A DNA stretch of 64,000 nucleotides from Chthoniobacteraceae bacterium (GTDB lineage: Bacteria > Verrucomicrobiota > Verrucomicrobiia > Chthoniobacterales > Chthoniobacteraceae), in the NCBI GenBank assembly GCA_031409335.1, contig JANNWY010000304.1, forward strand, positions 38,056-102,055, in the 5' to 3' direction. How positions within the stretch are numbered: the first letter of the stretch is position 1; every line of letters begins with the position of its first letter. The translations under genes were made by a program, and so were the position numbers. Positions 39,462 through 48,917 of the stretch are shown here, in pieces. A model generated the notes under the pieces. The model saw nothing but the letters and a program-made list of their open reading frames with translations. It searched no databases and was not told the DNA's origin.

Positions 39462-40148
39462 CTACCCCACGATCCACGTCACCGATTTCGTCCGCACGCG
39501 CCCCGCGGGATAATTTTCGTCGCCCGCGACGATCTTTTCGACCAGCGCCAGTTTTTCCGCGCCTTTGACCAGAAAACACACCTTTCGTGCGGCGTTGAGC
39601 AGGGGCAAAGTCATGGTGATGCGCTGCGGCGGCGGTTTTGGTCCGACGACTGTGATCACGTTGCGCTCCGTTTCCGCGAGGTGAGGCGAGCCGGGAAACA
39701 GCGAGGCTGTGTGGCCGTCGGCACCCATGCCCAGCAGGATCAGATCATGCACGTAGCGCGTTTCCCCCAAGCGAGCTGCGACCGCCGCCAGCTTTTCCTC
39801 GTATTCGCGCGCGGCATCCTCTGGCGCGATCTCGCCCCGCATCCGGAACACATTCCCTGGCGGCAATGCGATCCGATCCAGCAGCGATGTCTTGGCCATC
39901 GCGAAGTTGCTATCCGCGTCGTCTGGCGGCACACAGCGTTCATCGGCAAAAGTGATCTGCACCCGCGACCAATCGACTCCCGAGCTGCTGCGCGCCAGCG
40001 CCTCATGCACCGGGCGCGGGGTTTCTCCGCCCGCCAGCGCGACGCGAAAAAGACCGCGCTCGGCGATCGTCGCACGCGCTTCGGACGCTATCCACGCCGC
40101 GGCTTCCGCGGCAAAAAATCGGGTTGGGAGAATATTGGCAGAGACCAT
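39462..40148 (-). CDS. pgl: 6-phosphogluconolactonase
   Basis: LAGGETP, ADERCVP, SNF, LGMGADGHTASLFP, RITMT. Confidence 0.93.
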   Translation of the reverse strand: MVSANILPTRFFAAEAAAWIASEARATIAERGLFRVALAGGETPRPVHEALARSSSGVDWSRVQITFADERCVPPDDADSNFAMAKTSLLDRIALPPGNVFRMRGEIAPEDAAREYEEKLAAVAARLGETRYVHDLILLGMGADGHTASLFPGSPHLAETERNVITVVGPKPPPQRITMTLPLLNAARKVCFLVKGAEKLALVEKIVAGDENYPAGRVRTKSVTWIVG

Positions 40149-40152
40149 AAAG

Positions 40153-40620
40153 TTACATCAAGCGACACGGCACCAAGAAGTCCAGCCGCGCCCCGCCCGG
40201 TTCCAGCGCGTCCACGTTGAGCAGCGTCAGGGAAGCCTTCCGGATTTCAATATGCTCTGCGTCCGGAACGGCGAGCAGATGCGAAACGAGCCCGCTGAAA
40301 TCCGGCTCATGTCCCACCAGCATCACCGCCTCCTTGCGCGGGATTTCACGCAGCCGATCAAGCGCCTCCTGCGGTCGCATTCCGCACGCGAGCCAGGGAA
40401 CTTCCTGCATTTTCGCTCCCAAATGTTTGGCCACAATTTCCGCCGTCTGGCGTGCTCGCAAAAGTGGGCTCGTCAGGATTCGGATTCCGGTCACGCCACG
40501 CGCTTCGCAAAAGCGCGCCACCTTTTTCGCCTGCTCGACACCTTTCGCCGAAATCGGACGCTCGTCATCCGTCTCCGCGAGCGTCGCAGCGTCCGCATGG
40601 CGCAAGAAGTATAGTTGCAT
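40153..40620 (-). CDS. sixA: Phosphohistidine phosphatase SixA
   Basis: LRHADA, TSPLLRARQTA, VGHEPD. Confidence 0.9.
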   Translation of the reverse strand: MQLYFLRHADAATLAETDDERPISAKGVEQAKKVARFCEARGVTGIRILTSPLLRARQTAEIVAKHLGAKMQEVPWLACGMRPQEALDRLREIPRKEAVMLVGHEPDFSGLVSHLLAVPDAEHIEIRKASLTLLNVDALEPGGARLDFLVPCRLM

Positions 40621-40680
40621 ATCAGTCAGTAAGGATGGGTATCCTGCGCTCGAAACCGGACGCCAGATGCCGCGAGGGTG

Positions 40681-41424
40681 TTACATCACCATCCCGCCAT
40701 CGACCGTGAGGGTTTGGCCGGTGATGTATTTCGCCTCGCCGCTTGCCAGAAATGCCACCGCTGCGGCGATATCCGCCGCCTCGCCGAAAGTGCCGAGCGG
40801 AATCAGCTTCGCGACACCGTCCTTCAAATCCTGCGACAAGACCGCCGTCATATCCGTGTCGATGAAACCCGGTGCCACGGCGTTGCAAGTGATTCCCCGG
40901 CTCGCCACTTCCCGGGCGATGGATTTTGTCATCCCGATCAGGCCCGCCTTGCTCGCCGCATAGTTTGCCTGCCCCGCGTTTCCCATCAGCCCCGCGACGC
41001 TCGCGATATTCACGATTCGCCCCGAGCGCTGCTTCACCATCGGCCGCAGCACGGCCTGGATGAAGTGGAATGCTCCCTTCAAATTCGTATCCAGCACCGC
41101 ATCCCAATCCTCCTCCGACATGCGCATCACCAACCCATCGCGAGTCAGCCCGGCATTGTTCACCAAGATATCGACCCGCGTGAAATCGCCGAGGATCTGC
41201 GCCCCGATCTCCTTCACCGCCGCGCCATTCGCCACGTCCACCGCGTAAGCCTTGGCGACGCCGAAATACTTCGCGTTGATCTCTTCCATCGTCCGAAACG
41301 CATTCTGTTCCGTGCGGCTCACCACGGCCACTCGCGCTCCCTCCGCCGCGAGGCGCAGGGCGATGGCATGCCCGAGCCCGCGGCCCGCTCCGGTGACGAT
41401 GGCGACTTGATTTGCGAATCTCAT
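40681..41424 (-). CDS. fabG: 3-oxoacyl-ACP reductase
   Basis: TGAGRGLG, VNNAGLTRD, GNAGQANYAASKAG, APGFIDTDMT, VDGGM. Confidence 0.93.
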   Translation of the reverse strand: MRFANQVAIVTGAGRGLGHAIALRLAAEGARVAVVSRTEQNAFRTMEEINAKYFGVAKAYAVDVANGAAVKEIGAQILGDFTRVDILVNNAGLTRDGLVMRMSEEDWDAVLDTNLKGAFHFIQAVLRPMVKQRSGRIVNIASVAGLMGNAGQANYAASKAGLIGMTKSIAREVASRGITCNAVAPGFIDTDMTAVLSQDLKDGVAKLIPLGTFGEAADIAAAVAFLASGEAKYITGQTLTVDGGMVM

Positions 41425-41551
41425 ATTGGTCGGCAGAGTGAAAAGCGGGGCACCGCGAAGTCGAGGGCGAATTGCACGCGCCATGACTCTTCACGAACTG
41501 GGCGAAACTCGCGAACGCCATGGGCATGGTTTTGTTCGCGCAGGCTGCCGG

Positions 41552-42997
41552 TCAGAGCATGAAGCCGAGATCCGGCGTTGCGAAGCGACCGAGATTCGGG
41601 AAAACCACCCCGAGGTTGCTTGGCGAAACGCCAAACCATTTGGCCAGCGTGGCGCTGTATTCATCCACCGAGGTTTTCGGAATCCAGCGACCTTCTCCTG
41701 AAGAGGGAACTGCGTCCGGTCCGGTTACATTCAGCACAGGGAAGGTGCCCACCGTGCGTTTGCCATTCACCGCGCCGCCGACGACGAAATGATGGCTGCC
41801 CCAAGCGTGATCGCTACCCTGTCCATTGGTTTTGAAGGTGCGACCAAAATCACTCATCGTGAATGAAGTCACCTTGTCGCTCGCACTGATCTGCTCCATC
41901 GCGCGCTGGAAGGCGAATACGGCGTCGCTTAGCTCAGTGAGCAAGTTCGCGTGCGAGCCCACGGTCGGATCCGTGGGTGCGGCGGTATTACCCACCTGGG
42001 AAGTGTGCGTGTCGTAGCCACCTACCGAAGTGAAGAAGATTTGCCGCTTCATATTCAGCGGGGATCGCGCCTGGATCAGCCGGGCAACCATCTTGAGCTG
42101 ATTGCCGAGCGAAGTCGTCGGGAAGGGGACCGTCCAGTAGTTCGCCGCCGCGGTCGCTGCGATCGACGCATTGAGAAGGTCGCCCGTGGCAAGGGCGTTT
42201 TCCGTGACGTCCGCAAAGGCTGTGCGTTGCAGGTTGGCATCGGGCAATGCCAGAATGTTCTTCATCCTTTGCAATTGGGTGCCACTGACACCGCTGATGG
42301 TCACAGCTCCGCTGGTCGAAACATGATACTGCGCGAATGTATTGCCAACCTCGTAAGTATTGGCACCCGCCAGCGATGTGCAGAGCGCGATCTTGGACGC
42401 ATTCGCCGTCGGGATGCCGCCAATCAAATCGTATTGCAGCGGGTGAAGAATATCCGCAATCCGACCGCCCCAGCCAGTCCTCGGCGGCTGGTCGGGGAGC
42501 GATGTCTGCCAATGCGTCACCTGATCGCTATGGGAAAAAAGCTGTGGTGGCTTTGGCACCGCACCACTCGTGTACTGGGCGCGTGTCATCGGATAGGAAA
42601 GCGGTCCCACGTTGAATAGGAACGCCGCCTTGTTTTCCCCAAAGAGTGTCTGAAGCTTTGCTAGCTTGGGATGCAGTCCGTAGGTGTGCCCATCCGGGTT
42701 CACCGGAGCGATCGGCAGCACGGCTGCCTCCGGCAGGGCGAGGTTTTGCCGCACGGAGGCATAGCTCGCGTAGTCCGTCCCGACCGGGATGATCAGATTG
42801 TTGGAATCATTGCCACCTGACAGAAAGATACAGACAAGCGCCTTGTAGTCTGTGAGCGAGGTTTGCGCGACCGCAGTGTTGATGAAGTGAAGGTCGCGAA
42901 TGGTGGCTGCGACGGAGAGCGTGCCGACAGCGGCGCACGCGGCCTGTCGGACGAAGTCGCGGCGGGTTTGGAGGTGCGGATAGTCTTGGCGGTCCAT
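41552..42997 (-). CDS. DUF1501 protein with Tat signal (copy 1)
   Basis: TRRDFVRQ Tat motif; YKALVCIFLSGGNDSNN, FSHSDQ, GGYDTH, SDFGRT, GSDHAWG. Confidence 0.9.
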   Translation of the reverse strand: MDRQDYPHLQTRRDFVRQAACAAVGTLSVAATIRDLHFINTAVAQTSLTDYKALVCIFLSGGNDSNNLIIPVGTDYASYASVRQNLALPEAAVLPIAPVNPDGHTYGLHPKLAKLQTLFGENKAAFLFNVGPLSYPMTRAQYTSGAVPKPPQLFSHSDQVTHWQTSLPDQPPRTGWGGRIADILHPLQYDLIGGIPTANASKIALCTSLAGANTYEVGNTFAQYHVSTSGAVTISGVSGTQLQRMKNILALPDANLQRTAFADVTENALATGDLLNASIAATAAANYWTVPFPTTSLGNQLKMVARLIQARSPLNMKRQIFFTSVGGYDTHTSQVGNTAAPTDPTVGSHANLLTELSDAVFAFQRAMEQISASDKVTSFTMSDFGRTFKTNGQGSDHAWGSHHFVVGGAVNGKRTVGTFPVLNVTGPDAVPSSGEGRWIPKTSVDEYSATLAKWFGVSPSNLGVVFPNLGRFATPDLGFML

Positions 42998-43002
42998 AGT
43001 GG

Positions 43003-46000
43003 TTATTTTTGGATGGTAAAGTCTGGCGAGGTGACGATGAGGTGAACCACCGAGCGAATGCGGTCGCGCAACTGGGTGGTCGTGGGAGTGGTGTAAGCGA
43101 GGCTTAACGCCTGGTTTCTGACTTCGGCCTTCGCCGCGGTGGAAAACTGCCCACCCATCAATTGAGTGCTCAACTCATCGATGAGAGCCGCAAGGTTATT
43201 GTTATGAACCCACGGCAAGCCACCCGGTCCGATACCCATCCACGGGCGCAGATCGACCATGATGTCGCGGCCTCCGCTCCGGAAGCTGGCAAGACCCGGT
43301 TGCGAAAGGGCGTCATTGAAGATGCCATTGTTGATGAAGTTCGCCTGCCGAATCACGCTGGTTTCCGAGGTAAGCTGAAACTCCGGCGTGATGAGTCCGG
43401 CATTCGCAAGGATGCCGGGGAATTGGTAGTCAGGCAGGAAGAAGTTAAACACCGTTGGCGATTGCAACGGCGTCTGATTGAGATCGTTGTCGGTTCCGTC
43501 CATGTTCCAATCGCCGTACGCGACCGAACACACACCGCTGCGATTCGCGAAATCCCCGAGGCGAGTAACGCTCGCGTTGCCCGAATTTGCAGGAAGCACG
43601 TCCGCCGCCGGAATGGCTATCGCCGTGCCAGTGCGTGCCACGGCGTCGGTCATCGTGATGGCAAAGGTGTTTGCCGTCGCCGTAACCACGGTATAAATCC
43701 CCGAGGCAGCCACCGCCGCGCTACCGCTGACGAAATCAACATGAATGCTGCTGCCAGCGGCAAAGCCGTGGGCGGTCGAAGTAATGGTCAGCGTGTTCAG
43801 GCTGGCCACAGTTTGCGAGTAGGTTCCCCGCTTGGCCGTAGGCGCGGCAAAGATGACCTGCAAGTTATCGCTGGAGCGAAACTCGATGGCATCCGATCCG
43901 CTCACGGGCGGTGCCGGTGTGCCGGTCAGGAATTCAACGTGGATGGATTCACCCACGATCGGAAAAAAACCATTTGTGTCCGCGGGAAGGGCGATCAGTC
44001 GCGTAATCGCGCCACCCTGCTGGTAGGTAGCCGACTCGAACGATTTCGTCCTGACCGAAAAATGTGTGGCGTCCACCGGCGCGACGATCGTGTAAGTCCC
44101 ATTGGGAGGAGAACCAGCGTCGCCGACCGTGCCGGGCTGAAACTCCAGCGGAACGGTGCTGCCTGCCGAATACAGATGATTGGACGCAGTCGTGATCGTG
44201 ACCAGGCTGCCTGACTGGCTATAGGTGCCGCTAATCGGGACTGGCATGAAACCACGTCCAATCGCCGCGACGCGCGCAACCGGTTCGCGCTGTTTTCCAA
44301 ATCCCTGCTGGGCCAGCACCGTCGAGGAACGAGCCTCATAGTCGAGCAGGATCGCCTTCACGACAGCCAGCATGTCGCCGCGGGTGCCGCTGCCGTTGTT
44401 GTTAAATGCTGACACGACGCGATACACATATCCCCGGCTCGGCGTCGAGGTCACCAGTCGCTGGACCAGTTGGCGGCAGATAAACGGCCCGCAGTTCGGA
44501 TGATTGAAGAGCGCCTCGTGCGAGGCGTCGAGTTCCGCTTGCGCGAGACCTTGGAAAGCGGGATCGGCCAGCAGGCTCGTATTGCTCGCGTGATCCGCAT
44601 AGGGATCGAGCGGTTGGCTGTTGAAGGTGGGCAAGCCTGGGATGACAACGTTGTTCAGCAAACGCTTCTGCCCGGTAAAATGCCGCGCGGGCACTTCGCG
44701 CATCGGATCAATCCAATTCACCCCGGCCCCAAACGCAGTCCGGTAACCGCCGGTGTATCCATAGTCCCAGCCAGTGAAAACGTGGGCGAAGCCAATGATC
44801 GCATTCTGGTCGTAGGTCGGGACCAACTCTCCTTTTGAATTGAGAACCAGCGACCCATCCGGATGCATCCGATTCAGCCCGACCGAGAAGAGCTGCTTGA
44901 TTTCCCGCGCATAGTTCTCATTGGGAATCCGGCCTGTGCTCTTGTTGGGCTTGTCATTCCTCAGCATGTCCAGATAGCGACCCATCGCGGGATGAAGCGT
45001 CACGGCTTCCAGCATATTGCGGAAGTTGCCAAACGAGTTGTCGAGCAGCGTATCGTAGTAACTGCTGACGGCATCACCGCGCTCGTCGAGCACGCCATCT
45101 TCGGAAGTCACGAGGATTTCGCTCAATGCAAACGCGACACGCTGGCGAAGCTGATCCGGCGCAGTCACCGCGTTGCGCCACCATCCGTTGAAGAGCTGCG
45201 TGCCGGAGTAGGTATTGTTTCCCGGATCGGTCTGGTTGCGATGCGCAAAGATGACCGGGAAAAGACGGGTCACCGGCAGGCTGGCCTGGTAATCGATCCA
45301 ACTGGTGTAGCCGAGATTCAGAACCGAATTCGGATTGGTCACATTCAGATCGTTCTGGGTCGGACCGAAGGTGGATTGAATCAGGAAGCGGGAAGCGGCA
45401 TTCCGGTTGGTATGATCGTCGGTCAAGTTCGGCGGTGCCGCCGGCGGCGTGAACGTCTGCGACGCGGATTGCAGCGCAAAGAATCCCCGTATCTCACCGG
45501 CGGGATAAGTTGCCGTATGGATATTGATGTAGGCGGTTCCCCCGTGAATCTCATCGAGGATATCCTGGACGGAGATTGCTCCGACCGCGGCGATATTCCA
45601 AGTGTAGCTCCCGTCCGCATTGGGCGTCGCCGTGTCGATATCGAAGATGATGTTGCCACCACGGTTCGCGGCATGGATGTGCCGACCCGAGGCAGTTAGA
45701 TTGGTGGTGAGATTGGCGTAGGTGAACCGAAGCGTGGCCACCGTCTCATCCGCGCTCAATTGCAGAGTGCCACTGCCGTATCCGCTGGATATTGCGGTGC
45801 CCTGCGCGCTCATGTTCGTCGTGTAGAGCGCACTTTCGCCAGGTGTGACCGTCGGCGCAGTATATTGTGACAGCGTGAATCCAGGGACGACTTCCGTCGC
45901 CAGCGGCCCCGCATCACCGGGCTTCAGCCAGCCGACTGAAACGTGGTCACCTCCGGTTCCTTCCTTGTGCCGGATTTCGATAAAGTATCGTTTTCCACCT

Positions 46001-48009
46001 TCCAGCAGCAGCATCGGCGAAACTGCTCCCGCCGCCCAGTTGCGATAGCCAACTGGTCCCGTCAATTCGGCGCGCTTGAAGGCATTGACCGGTTCATCGT
46101 CGTCGCTGATCCAAAGTTCCGCCGCCTCATCCGCCGTAAGCCAAAATTTGTAAGTGCCGGAAATCGGCGCGGTCACGTAACCGCGGATACGGGCTCCATA
46201 GTCATCACCGGAATTCTGCGGACCCTCGAGGGATGAAAGCGATGAAGAGCTGGCAGGTGTCGTGGCAAGGGGAATGGCGCTGACTGCATTTCCCGGAATC
46301 CCGGTCCAGACATCGCGGGTGATTGCACCATCGGTTGCGATCACGGTCACATCGAGGATTGCCGATCCCGAGCCATTCGCGTTCGTCGCCGAGAGCGGGA
46401 TTTGGAATACACCCGCCTCCGCCGTCGAAACCGTGAGTGCGCCACTCGTTGTATTGAGCGACCATCCTGACGGCAACCCTGCCGCGGAATAGCCAGTTGG
46501 CGAACCACTCGCGTTGATTTGATAGGTGAAATTCCCGCTACCCTTGATGAGCAGCAAGTCCAGCGGCTCGGCGATTCGCGGCGCGGGATTGGGGAAGAGG
46601 CGTAGCTGCGGAATAACCTGCTTTGCCTGATTCGCACTTGCCCATGAGAGCTTGGCCTTGGCGTTGTTGCCGCCTATCTCATAGTGTTCAAACACGACCG
46701 CGTATCGCACTCCGGCTTGCAGTTCGATGGTCCCGCTGATTTCACCAGCGGCCGTCGTAAAGCCCGCGCGTGGCCAATTGTTCGTGAGGAGTTGGCCGTT
46801 GACCCAAAGGCGCCCCGCAGCATTCACGTCGGAATAGAACGTATAAATCTGCGAGAACTCCGGCAGCACCTCGCCAGTCCAGCGACTTGCGAATTGTGTC
46901 GCAGTCACCGGGGCGCCCGGCCATGCCGTAACCAAGTAATCAAAGTCCACAGTGGCATCCGTGCGGGTGACTACACGATTGCTGAAGGTGGGTGCGTTCG
47001 ACGAGGAAAGCGTGTTGCCGTTGGCAGTACCTTCGTTGTAAAACTGAGCACTGAGTCCCGTGCCGGTCGCCTGGACATAGTCATCGACGATCACTGCCGC
47101 TACATTTGGCGAAGCAACGGTGTAGGCCGCGCTCGGCGAGATCATCAGGATCACAGCCTCTGGCGATTCGACGGCAGTGTCTGCCAGGGGAGTGACGACT
47201 ATCGTTGCGGAACTTACCCCGAATGGCATTGAAACGGAGCCACTCAGTGCCACGTAGTCGCTTCCCGGCACTGCGGTTCCGGCGATGGAATAGGCTACGG
47301 CGAGCGCGTCAAAGCCTCCGGTCCTGGACACAAGGAAGGAAGCTGTGCCCGTGCTGACGCCGCTGGTGGGCGGCTCAACCACGAGTTGGGTGGCTGCGGA
47401 GATCGAAATCGCGCTGCCCGTCTGCAATCTTTGTGTGATGGCCGCAAGGTCGTTTTGTCCGTCGAGACCACCCGAGTGGGAATTGTAAGGGTCAAATCCA
47501 ACTTGCAGTTCTTCCCAATCGTTCACTCCATCTCCGTCGCTGTCGATATCCTGGACTGCGACTCGGTAAAAAAGAGCGGTGGCATTGAGGGCGTTGTTAC
47601 TGGCTGTCAAAGGACCAGTCTCATACGGGGCGAGTGGTGCGCCGAGATTCGCCCAAGTTGGATTCACAAGGGATGCCGCCGTTTGGACCTGATAGCGTTT
47701 TCCCAGCTCCGTTGGGAATGCGAGATGCACTCCTGCCGCATCGGCTGAGACGCTGATGATTTTGATGATCGAGAGTGAATCCATCGGGTTGGTCCCCGCA
47801 AGCGCTTCCGCGCCATTCGTGAGACCGTCACCGTCGGTATCCGCAGTGGGCGAAACGATGCCGGAATTGAAACGCATCGCCCAGATATCGGGAATTTGGT
47901 CTGTATTGAGATCAAGCGGCGGAGCGCCGTTTAGGGAACTTGGGAGCACCGCCGACAGGGCGAGTGCTGCGAGGAAGCAGGGAGTGATAAGGTGGCGCGG
48001 GAGATTCAT
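43003..48009 (-). CDS. Giant DUF1800 protein (copy 1): signal peptide, DxDGD repeats, Calx-beta, PA14 x2, putative Ig, CHRD, DUF1800
   Basis: DQLRQRVAFALSEI, PNENYAREIKQLFSVG, GKQREP, SPTVFNFFLPDY; PA14 FASRWTG/YGARIRGY; CHRD HIH...YINIHTATYPAGEIRG. Confidence 0.88.
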   Translation of the reverse strand: MNLPRHLITPCFLAALALSAVLPSSLNGAPPLDLNTDQIPDIWAMRFNSGIVSPTADTDGDGLTNGAEALAGTNPMDSLSIIKIISVSADAAGVHLAFPTELGKRYQVQTAASLVNPTWANLGAPLAPYETGPLTASNNALNATALFYRVAVQDIDSDGDGVNDWEELQVGFDPYNSHSGGLDGQNDLAAITQRLQTGSAISISAATQLVVEPPTSGVSTGTASFLVSRTGGFDALAVAYSIAGTAVPGSDYVALSGSVSMPFGVSSATIVVTPLADTAVESPEAVILMISPSAAYTVASPNVAAVIVDDYVQATGTGLSAQFYNEGTANGNTLSSSNAPTFSNRVVTRTDATVDFDYLVTAWPGAPVTATQFASRWTGEVLPEFSQIYTFYSDVNAAGRLWVNGQLLTNNWPRAGFTTAAGEISGTIELQAGVRYAVVFEHYEIGGNNAKAKLSWASANQAKQVIPQLRLFPNPAPRIAEPLDLLLIKGSGNFTYQINASGSPTGYSAAGLPSGWSLNTTSGALTVSTAEAGVFQIPLSATNANGSGSAILDVTVIATDGAITRDVWTGIPGNAVSAIPLATTPASSSSLSSLEGPQNSGDDYGARIRGYVTAPISGTYKFWLTADEAAELWISDDDEPVNAFKRAELTGPVGYRNWAAGAVSPMLLLEGGKRYFIEIRHKEGTGGDHVSVGWLKPGDAGPLATEVVPGFTLSQYTAPTVTPGESALYTTNMSAQGTAISSGYGSGTLQLSADETVATLRFTYANLTTNLTASGRHIHAANRGGNIIFDIDTATPNADGSYTWNIAAVGAISVQDILDEIHGGTAYINIHTATYPAGEIRGFFALQSASQTFTPPAAPPNLTDDHTNRNAASRFLIQSTFGPTQNDLNVTNPNSVLNLGYTSWIDYQASLPVTRLFPVIFAHRNQTDPGNNTYSGTQLFNGWWRNAVTAPDQLRQRVAFALSEILVTSEDGVLDERGDAVSSYYDTLLDNSFGNFRNMLEAVTLHPAMGRYLDMLRNDKPNKSTGRIPNENYAREIKQLFSVGLNRMHPDGSLVLNSKGELVPTYDQNAIIGFAHVFTGWDYGYTGGYRTAFGAGVNWIDPMREVPARHFTGQKRLLNNVVIPGLPTFNSQPLDPYADHASNTSLLADPAFQGLAQAELDASHEALFNHPNCGPFICRQLVQRLVTSTPSRGYVYRVVSAFNNNGSGTRGDMLAVVKAILLDYEARSSTVLAQQGFGKQREPVARVAAIGRGFMPVPISGTYSQSGSLVTITTASNHLYSAGSTVPLEFQPGTVGDAGSPPNGTYTIVAPVDATHFSVRTKSFESATYQQGGAITRLIALPADTNGFFPIVGESIHVEFLTGTPAPPVSGSDAIEFRSSDNLQVIFAAPTAKRGTYSQTVASLNTLTITSTAHGFAAGSSIHVDFVSGSAAVAASGIYTVVTATANTFAITMTDAVARTGTAIAIPAADVLPANSGNASVTRLGDFANRSGVCSVAYGDWNMDGTDNDLNQTPLQSPTVFNFFLPDYQFPGILANAGLITPEFQLTSETSVIRQANFINNGIFNDALSQPGLASFRSGGRDIMVDLRPWMGIGPGGLPWVHNNNLAALIDELSTQLMGGQFSTAAKAEVRNQALSLAYTTPTTTQLRDRIRSVVHLIVTSPDFTIQK

Positions 48010-48068
48010 GGGATGCAGTGTTTGTGGTCGGATAACAGGCCGGTGACGGTGAGCCAAAGTCCAATTGG

Positions 48069-48087
48069 TGTAGGACAAGCACTTACA
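48069..48087. promoter_or_regulatory. Candidate regulator-binding near-palindrome, copy 3
   Basis: TGTAGG-ACAAGCA-CTTACA, 60 bp upstream of the DUF1800 copy 1 start. Confidence 0.6.
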
Positions 48088-48253
48088 AAACTTAGGGAAC
48101 TAATATGACATTGTCATGCGGCAGGTTTGTAGGCAATACAAATCGTCGGGAAAATGCATTGTGAAAAACTGTCCGCACGAAACCGAGGGTGGAGGCAGCG
48201 TTTTTGCCCCAGCCTGCATTCTCCCATCCAAACAGGAACAACCACAACCTGCT

Positions 48254-48313
48254 TTCTTCCCCTTCCTCTTCCTCTTAGTCTTCCTCCTTGCGTCACAGAG
48301 GAAGATTAAGAAG
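48254..48313. repeat. Pyrimidine/purine simple-repeat hairpin
   Basis: TTCCTC hexamers; arms TCTTAGTCTTCCTC / GAGGAAGATTAAGA. Confidence 0.55.
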
Positions 48314-48883
48314 CTACTTCACGACAAGGTCGTCCTTGGTGTGCATCTGCCGGTCGGGGCCGGCGGAGTGAATTTCCATCTCCTTACCCGAAAGTTGGTG
48401 AAAGAAATAGGGCGTGCTCCAGCGGTCGCACATTTCCCCATCAGCACTCAGACTGGATCCCACAGGAATGGGGATTTTCACTTGCTTGAGGTTGGCACCA
48501 GTGAGGGCGCGCGTGATTTCGGCGTTGGAGCCGATCGGGTTTTCGCCGAGGACGGTTCGATAGTCGCGCAGTGCGAATTGCACGTTGTCCATCGCTTCGC
48601 GGACAGCTTCGGGCGTTTCTCCGATCAATGGTACGGGGGTTTCGGCAGGCGGCGAAACATCGCCGTCGGTGGGCGCTGGCCGCGTGGTCGGCGCGCTGCC
48701 GGGAGTCGCTGGGTTTGCGGTTGGCGCAGTGGATGGAGCCGCCGACGTGGTGCCCGACAAGGCAGACGGTGGGCGGGATGCGCTTTCGGGAGCGGTGGCC
48801 TCCTCGGTGCGCGGTTGCCGCGGACGCAGTGCAAAGAGCGCGAGAAGGATTACGACGATGGCGAGAATCCAGCGGGTTTTCAT
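48314..48883 (-). CDS. Membrane-anchored protein with GspG (T2SSG)-like C-terminal domain
   Basis: TM anchor, P/T/A-rich linker, then ...DRWSTPYFF...IHSAGPDRQMHTKDDL resembling the GspG DPWG.PY...SAGPDG...DD motif. Confidence 0.7.
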   Translation of the reverse strand: MKTRWILAIVVILLALFALRPRQPRTEEATAPESASRPPSALSGTTSAAPSTAPTANPATPGSAPTTRPAPTDGDVSPPAETPVPLIGETPEAVREAMDNVQFALRDYRTVLGENPIGSNAEITRALTGANLKQVKIPIPVGSSLSADGEMCDRWSTPYFFHQLSGKEMEIHSAGPDRQMHTKDDLVVK

Positions 48884-48917
48884 GGGAAAGTACGGCGCGC
48901 GCCGTTCGTCGAAAAAG

